A stretch of DNA of 63,127 bases, the filler included, from Chrysochromulina tobinii (lineage: Eukaryota), in assembly GCA_001275005.1 (NCBI GenBank). It is 8 parts of 8 records of this genome, joined end to end, with 100 filler letters (N's around TTAATTAATTAA, not from the genome) between each part and the next. Parts side by side here need not be neighbours in the genome. Positions count along the whole stretch, not along the records: positions 57,103 to 60,096 come from JWZX01000928.1; positions 60,197 to 63,127 come from JWZX01000935.1; 6 more parts are not named here. The stretch is one strand, 5' to 3'. This document shows positions 57,200 to 63,127 of this stretch, piece by piece (the first letter of the stretch is position 1; the number at the start of each line of letters is the position of its first letter). A program made the translations under genes and the position numbers. A model generated the notes under the pieces. It was given only the letters and a program-made list of their open reading frames with translations. It did no database searches and was not told the DNA's origin.

Positions 57200-58768
57200 G
57201 GTACTGTTGACGGCGTCGACAGCCCTAACGTTGAGGACGCGCCAGTGATGCTTGTGACCTTCGTTCGCATTAGCCATCTTGGCCGCAGCGCCTCAATCAT
57301 GTCGCTTTCGGGACTTCCTATCCTGTTCTGGAAATTCGATCTGTCAAAAGCGTACAAGCGCTCAGGCCAGCAGAGCGCTGGGTTCTGGCGTCGCACCACC
57401 TGGTCAGAGTTCGGGTCTCAGACTATGGAGCGCGTCCCCTTCGGCGGAGCCGACGGCCCCTCTTTCTTTACCCGTCAAACCAACTTCATGATCTTCATCA
57501 TTCGACGCGAGCTCGAATATGCCGATCAGAGCTATCCGCCGCGCGACCCTCGAGTGGTCGCGTACCAGCTCGCCCGCCTCGAAGCTGCGCGGAGCGTTGC
57601 CGCCGGTCAATCCACAAGCGACGAACGCGAGTGGTTAATCCTCTCGTTCATCATGTGCTTTATCGACGACTTCGGCGCTTGCAGCATCGCAGATCTTCTC
57701 TTCCGCATTGACGGAAGTCCCGTACGCGACGCCGCTGGTATTCAGCAGCACCGCGCCTGGCTCCACTGGGAAGTAGCAATCCTCACGGTACGCCGTCTTG
57801 GTCACATTCTCGAGCTCGACGACCCTAGCAAGGCAGTTTCTCCCTCGCGTCAGATGGTCCTTATTGGCGTGCGGCTCGATGCCGATCGCCTCGAGTTCGA
57901 GCTAGACCCTTTGAAGCGCTCCTCGTACGCCGACAGCCTGACACTCTGGCTGCAGAAAGGTACGTTACCCGTCGCTCGCCTTACGTCTCTCGCATTTAAG
58001 ATGCTCGTCGTCTGCGAGTGCTATCCGCTCGCGCGTCAGTGGCTGCACCCCATCTTTCGTTCATTGCGAGGCCAACGTCAACGGCCCGTCATTCTCAATG
58101 ACGAGCCGGAGGTCGATCATGTCCTACGGCGCTTTCTAGACCTCTTGCAGAGCGACGCTCGCATCGCGGTTCCAATGGCCGCACGCGAATCATTTCCTTT
58201 TGCGGACGTCGACGCTCTGCTGGTCTATTTTAGCGACGCATCTGGCGACGATACCTACCTTTTATCTCTTTCGCCCGAACTTTCGCCCGGCCATCTACCC
58301 AGAAAATCACCCGGATTTGGCTTCTGGGCAGTTCGTGGCACAAGGCTCCTCTATGTGTGGGGCCTCTTTACGCCAGAGGAAGTGCGTGCTCTCAGCATCA
58401 ATGCCCTTGAGCTCGTTACCATGCTCTGGGCCGAGATCACGCTTTCTCCTGCGCTACCTCAAGTCAGTCATGTTCTCGCATTTACCGATAACACGGCTGG
58501 CGAGTGGACAGCTCGGCGAGAGACTCCGCAGGCGATCGCCATGCAGCTTCTCGCCGAGCGTCGTGCTGAGTTTCTCGCACGGTCCTCTTTATTCGTACGC
58601 GTCGGGCGTGTTGCCTCAGCGGACAATCGCTGGGCGGACATGCTTAGTCGCCAGCAAGCTGATGAAGTGATAGCCGAGGCTATCGCCCTTGGCTTAACCT
58701 GCGAACCACTGCAGATTCCCGAGCATGCCCGCAATCTGTCATGGCTTATCGCTCGTGTTCTTGCCTGA
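57200..58768 (+). mobile_element. DIRS/Ngaro-type retrotransposon RT-RNase H ORF (5'-partial)
   Basis: RT motifs DLSKAYKR, VPFG and FIDDF; RNase H motifs FSDASG, INALEL, FTDN and DNRWADMLSR. Confidence 0.88.
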
Positions 58769-60005
58769 TGCAGATACGTCAGCCACTGTCATCAGCGTGT
58801 TCCCTCCCTCGTCCGCCGCCGCGGAGCTTTCTTCGCCGAACTCTCGGCAGCAACGCGACGTTCTTATGGCTTCGCAGCCCCAGTTCCAAGCTGCATGTTC
58901 CGCTGGAATCGAGGCGGCGCGCCGAGCTCAGTGTGCCGACGGCACAGGAAACACTAACAGCACAGCAGTTCGCTCGTGGGGCCGCTTCACCACCTACGGC
59001 CTTCACACGCACATGCAGCGCACGGAGGTTCGACCAGACTCGCCGTGGATTCAGCGCATGGCCGAAGTTGACATTGTCGAGTCTTGGGCCTGGTGGTTGG
59101 TTACCCAGGTCGGTGTCGCTCCGTCGACGGCCAAAGACTACATGCACACCGCCAACGCGTGGCACGAACGCTGGGTAGGCTACGGCCTCGGAGCCGGTCT
59201 GCCCTTAACTCGCGTTAGTAGGATGCTCGACGGCCTCGCTCGTCTACAGGGAGCTCCGCCTCCCCGACGCCTCCGCATCGGCGTGCGGCCCAAACACCTT
59301 CGGCAGGCTATCGACGCGGGCCTCGACACTCGCGACCCTCTCAACGCGAACTACGCCACTGCTTTCGAAGTTTGTCTGGTTTCTATCGCTCGAGCCGGTG
59401 AGATCGCGTCGGGGCTACCACGAGGCGCCTTTGACACTTTGCGTCATCCTTCACGCGCCGATCTCACCTTCGAGTACGACAGCGTCGGAAACCCGATCTC
59501 CGCAAAAATTATGATCGTTAACTCTAAAGCTCGCGGAAGCGAGGCTCGGCGCAAGGTGCCAGTGGTTCTGCCCATGCGCGGCAGCTACCTGAGTCCTGGC
59601 TACCGGCTCTGGTTGCTCGATCGCTCTATTGATCCGGTTCCCTACGAGTTACGCGCAACTACGCCGCTCTTCCGCGATCCAGCTACCAACTCGATACTTA
59701 CTGTCGACGGTCTTCGCGCATCCCTTCGTGCTATCCTGTCCAACATCGGCCGGGACGGCAGCACTTATGGGGCGCACTCGCTTCGTATCGGGGGCGCTAC
59801 AGCTATGGCCTTTTGCCACGCTAGCGCCGAGGTCATCAAGGACGTCGGTCGTTGGAACAGCGACGCGTATCTTCGCTATATCCGCGAGTGTCGCGGCGAT
59901 TACATGTCATACATGACGCGTATCTGCAGCGCCGACGTCGACGACATGGAAGCCGATCATCTTGATCTCGACGCCCATGACCTCGATGACTCAGACTATG
60001 AATAA
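58725..60005 (+). mobile_element. Tyrosine recombinase of the DIRS/Ngaro-type retrotransposon
   Basis: ARAGE, SK, HSLRIGGAT and GRWNSDAYLRYIR; the ORF overlaps the 3' end of RT-RH. Confidence 0.92.
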
Positions 60006-60196
60006 CTTTACCTTTTGGGGGGTTCAGGCGCCTACTCAGCTTCGGCGTACGCGAGCTCCACCTCTCGCTGAGCGCTCTTGGCTGTTTGGGGGGGGCNNNN
60101 NNNNNNNNNNNNNNNNNNNNNNNNNNNNNNNNNNNNNNNNTTAATTAATTAANNNNNNNNNNNNNNNNNNNNNNNNNNNNNNNNNNNNNNNNNNNN

Positions 60197-62695
60197 TGGC
60201 CGACATCTCGACCTCGGTCGCCGCCGAGTCGGGCGTGGACCCCAGCCAGGTCACCACGGTTGCCTATGCCGCGTCCACACCGGATCAGCTCGTGAGCAGG
60301 GCGCTCTCTGAAGCGCTCGCCAGCGACGCCGACTCCTCTGAGGGCGCTGTCGGGGCCGCTCGGGTCGAGATCACCATCGTCACCACGGATTCGTCCGCGA
60401 GTGCCGCCGTCGAGGAGTCCTTGAGCGCCTCTGTCTTCGCGGACGCGAACGCGACGAGCGCGTTCCTCAACCTCCAGGTGACGAGCGAGCCCGACGTCGC
60501 CGCGGAGACGGTCACTTATGAGGATGAAGAAGGGGAAGTACAAGAGAACGTCAGCCTGATGCTCGGAGCCGCATTGGTTGATACTGTCACCTCTCTGGGA
60601 TCCATCTTTTGTCTCATCACGGCCATCCACTACGCGATCCTCTTCTGGTGGTTCATGTATGCCAACCGCAAGTACTATGCCTACCACGCAGCTCTGCGGG
60701 CGCAGAAGGCGGCGGAGGAGGCGGCGGCAACGCCGCAGGAGAGGAAGGCGAAGGCGCTGCTCATGGCCAAGTCGCGCAGAATCTTCGACAAGTTTGATCA
60801 GGATGGAAGCGGGTTCGTTTCGACGAAGGAAGTCACCCGAATGGTCAAGATGCTCAAGCTGGGCCTGACAAGATCACAGGTCAAGGAGATGGTGGCCGCC
60901 GCAGACTTGGACATGAGCGGTCAGATCAGCTTCGAGGAGTTTGTAGCCCTCCTCAAAGAGTACAAGGTCAGCGGCGGCGGCGGCCTCCTCCTTGGACGCC
61001 TGCGCCGTGCCGGACGCGCCATCACCTTCACCAGCACCGCACGCGTCGCCCCTAGCGCCGAGCCGGAGTACGATCCCGTGAACACCGTTGATCGCATCGA
61101 CGCCGCGAAGCCCGTCTCGACTCCGTCACCAACGGCCATCTTACAAGGTGACACGCCGTTGGGTGTTTTCGTCTACAGCACCACGCGTCGATGACGAGGC
61201 TGAGGATGCGTGCATTCCGACGACTGCTGTCCAAACCATCGAGACCAAGGAGACGACGCGATCGAATTTTCTTCAGTCGCGTATGCCGAAGCTGCAGACG
61301 TTGTCTATGGATACAGTTGTGGAGGATCTTCCCTCGCCCACGCCGTCACCGCCGGCGACAGCGTCGCAACCCGATCTGCCCGATCTGCCGCAACCCGATC
61401 TGCCGCAACCCAAGCCCCCTCACTTTCGGAGGCTGCCGGCGATGCTCCGAGTGCCCAACGTGTAAAACATTCTTGGCGTCACCTTTGCGGCGTCGCTCAT
61501 CAACGTCTCGACCGCTGTCATTGGCGCACAGGTTGGTGTCGAGTATTCCTTCAGTCCTGAGGACTATGGGTACTACGTCCTCGCTTGGGTTGTCTTCATC
61601 TTCACCATGCTCTGGTACGTACATCAGGTCTGGCGGCTCGAGAAGTTGCGGCGGCTGCACATGTCCATGATCTGGTCTGACGCGGATCCGCCCGAGACGC
61701 CCAAGGATTGCGACGATCCCCTGTTTGGATTGATGATGAAGGTCGGTTTCAAGCCGCGCAATCGCGTCAAGGGCGAGTTCGGCGTGCCCGATGAGGACAA
61801 GCAGGAGCCCGCGCGCACCGAGCGTGCCCTCGAGTTCGCCTTCTTTTGGCCGACACGCATCATGTACCTGCTCGGCTACGGTTCGGGTGACAGAGAACAC
61901 ATCTCAGACGCCGAGTACTCGAAGAAGAAGATCTCGATCATGGGACTCAATTGCTGTGAGACTCACGAACGGCCGGGCGATGCCTTGGAGCGCGGGCCCA
62001 TGTGGCTGGACGAAGCCAAGGGCGGCCGAGGCGTCCACTACCTGTCGGTGCAGTTGGGGCTGCAGATCGTAGCGGGCGGACTCTCGGGCTTCCTCGAGGC
62101 CCATCCGTGGAAGATGACCTTGGCTGGTGGCATGGGGCTCATGATTGCCCTCCTCTGCACGCAGTTTTTGAGCCTCCTATGGTGCGCTGCGAACACGGCC
62201 TCGGATTATCTGAAATCCGGGCAAGCCATCACCGTCTACGGGTGCGAGTTCCTGGCGAGTCTCCTCGTCTTCGTAGCTGGCTGGGTGGCCGATTCTGACC
62301 TCGAGGGTTCGCTGATGCTCGCCGTGCGCGCGGCGGACATCATGGTCTATTGCGCGTTCATTCCCATGATCTTGATGGGGTGGGACAATCTAGTACGTCC
62401 CCCGCTGAAAACGTTCCTCAAGGGCGAAGGGGGAACGTTGGAGACACTCTACCTCATGTTCATCGCGCTCCTTTTGATCCCGGTATCGATCGCGCAGACG
62501 ATGTTCGGCTTTGGTGGGGACAACACGGACTTGGCCATGTCGGTTGTGGGCGCCATGGATATGGTGGCGGGCGACGTTGCGGCCACCGCCGACGAGACTG
62601 CAGAAGAAGAGCAAGGGGGGGGAGAAGGCGCAGGAGCGGTTGGCCCTTTCGAAGAGGTTCAGCCTCTTGAGGGTGATGCCGCGCTGCTAGCGTGA
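60197..62695 (+). pseudogene. Multi-TM membrane protein with EF-hand pair, 5'-partial, with one in-frame premature TAA
   Basis: EF-hand loops DQDGSGFVSTKE and DLDMSGQISFEE; a 31-nt GT-AG segment at 61148-61178 restores the frame; TAA at 61463-61465 lies within an otherwise continuous frame to 62695. Confidence 0.6.
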
Positions 62696-63049
62696 GGGCG
62701 CATTCGGGAGTCGAACTGAACTGGAAGGCGCGCACAACTCGGTGAGGGATACCCGTTCGAGAACGGGAAGTGTACGGACTCGGAGCAGGTACACATTTTC
62801 TGTGCAGGTGGAGACAACAGTGCGCGCCACTGTCCACTGTCATTGAGCGACCCGACATAGGTCTGAGCCGGGTGTGTGTGTTACAGGTGTACAACAGTGT
62901 GTTTATACAGGTGTACAACAGCGGCGCGGTGATTCGCAAATTGAGCGACCCGACTGTGGGTCTGAGCGAGTGCGGTGTGTCTATCTCTGTATTCATGCGT
63001 TTGTTTTGTTTGTCATGGCTCGGTTTGTCATGGTTTGTCTTGAGCCCTG

Positions 63050-63127
63050 GCTGTCGAGCTGTCGAGCTGTCGAGGCTCCGTCGAGCCGCTGTCGAGGCCG
63101 TTGTCGAGGCCTTGCCTGTCGAGCCTG
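63050..63127. repeat. Short tandem TGTCGAG repeats
   Basis: About 7 copies of (C)TGTCGAG at the window end. Confidence 0.7.

Noticed and set aside
58725..60005. Phage or integron integrase suggesting bacterial contamination
   Set aside because: It overlaps an RT-RNase H ORF in the standard YR-retrotransposon layout, and the surrounding contigs are eukaryotic.
2733..60196. Recurrent TTAATTAATTAA motif and ORFs ending in X-runs or LIN
   Set aside because: Synthetic contig linkers; gene neighbourhoods across them (e.g. LINE next to DIRS) are not evidence of linkage.

Overview
GC-rich eukaryotic nuclear DNA, most consistent with a haptophyte (Chrysochromulina/Emiliania-like). This assignment is inferred from GTGCGC/GTACGC splice donors, an NLRC3-like LRR gene and Pro-rich/Cys-rich surface proteins. 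The window is 8 contigs joined by seven artificial 100-nt linkers (N44-TTAATTAATTAA-N44), so adjacency across linkers is not biological evidence. It holds about 20 protein genes: a WRKY19-like Zn-finger repeat protein missed by the ORF track, MORN-LysM, a Pol iota-like Y polymerase, SKP1/F-box/LRR, SET, a CHD remodeler, an ERI1-like exonuclease, acetolactate synthase, EF-hand-HET-LRR, an amino-acid transporter, a RING-H2 ligase, a beta-helix enzyme, an ankyrin protein and others. It also carries four mobile-element classes: hAT, Ty1/copia, non-LTR RT and DIRS/Ngaro-type YR. The standout is 16892-19804, a Pmp-like beta-helix surface-protein gene. Its 14 homologous phase-0 introns separate 75-84-nt repeat exons and eight symmetric microexons of 3, 6 and 18 nt. 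The introns share a hairpin motif and fall into two length classes that predict, without exception, whether a microexon follows. This is a candidate combinatorial loop-diversification system. All splice models were read manually from DNA and need RNA support.
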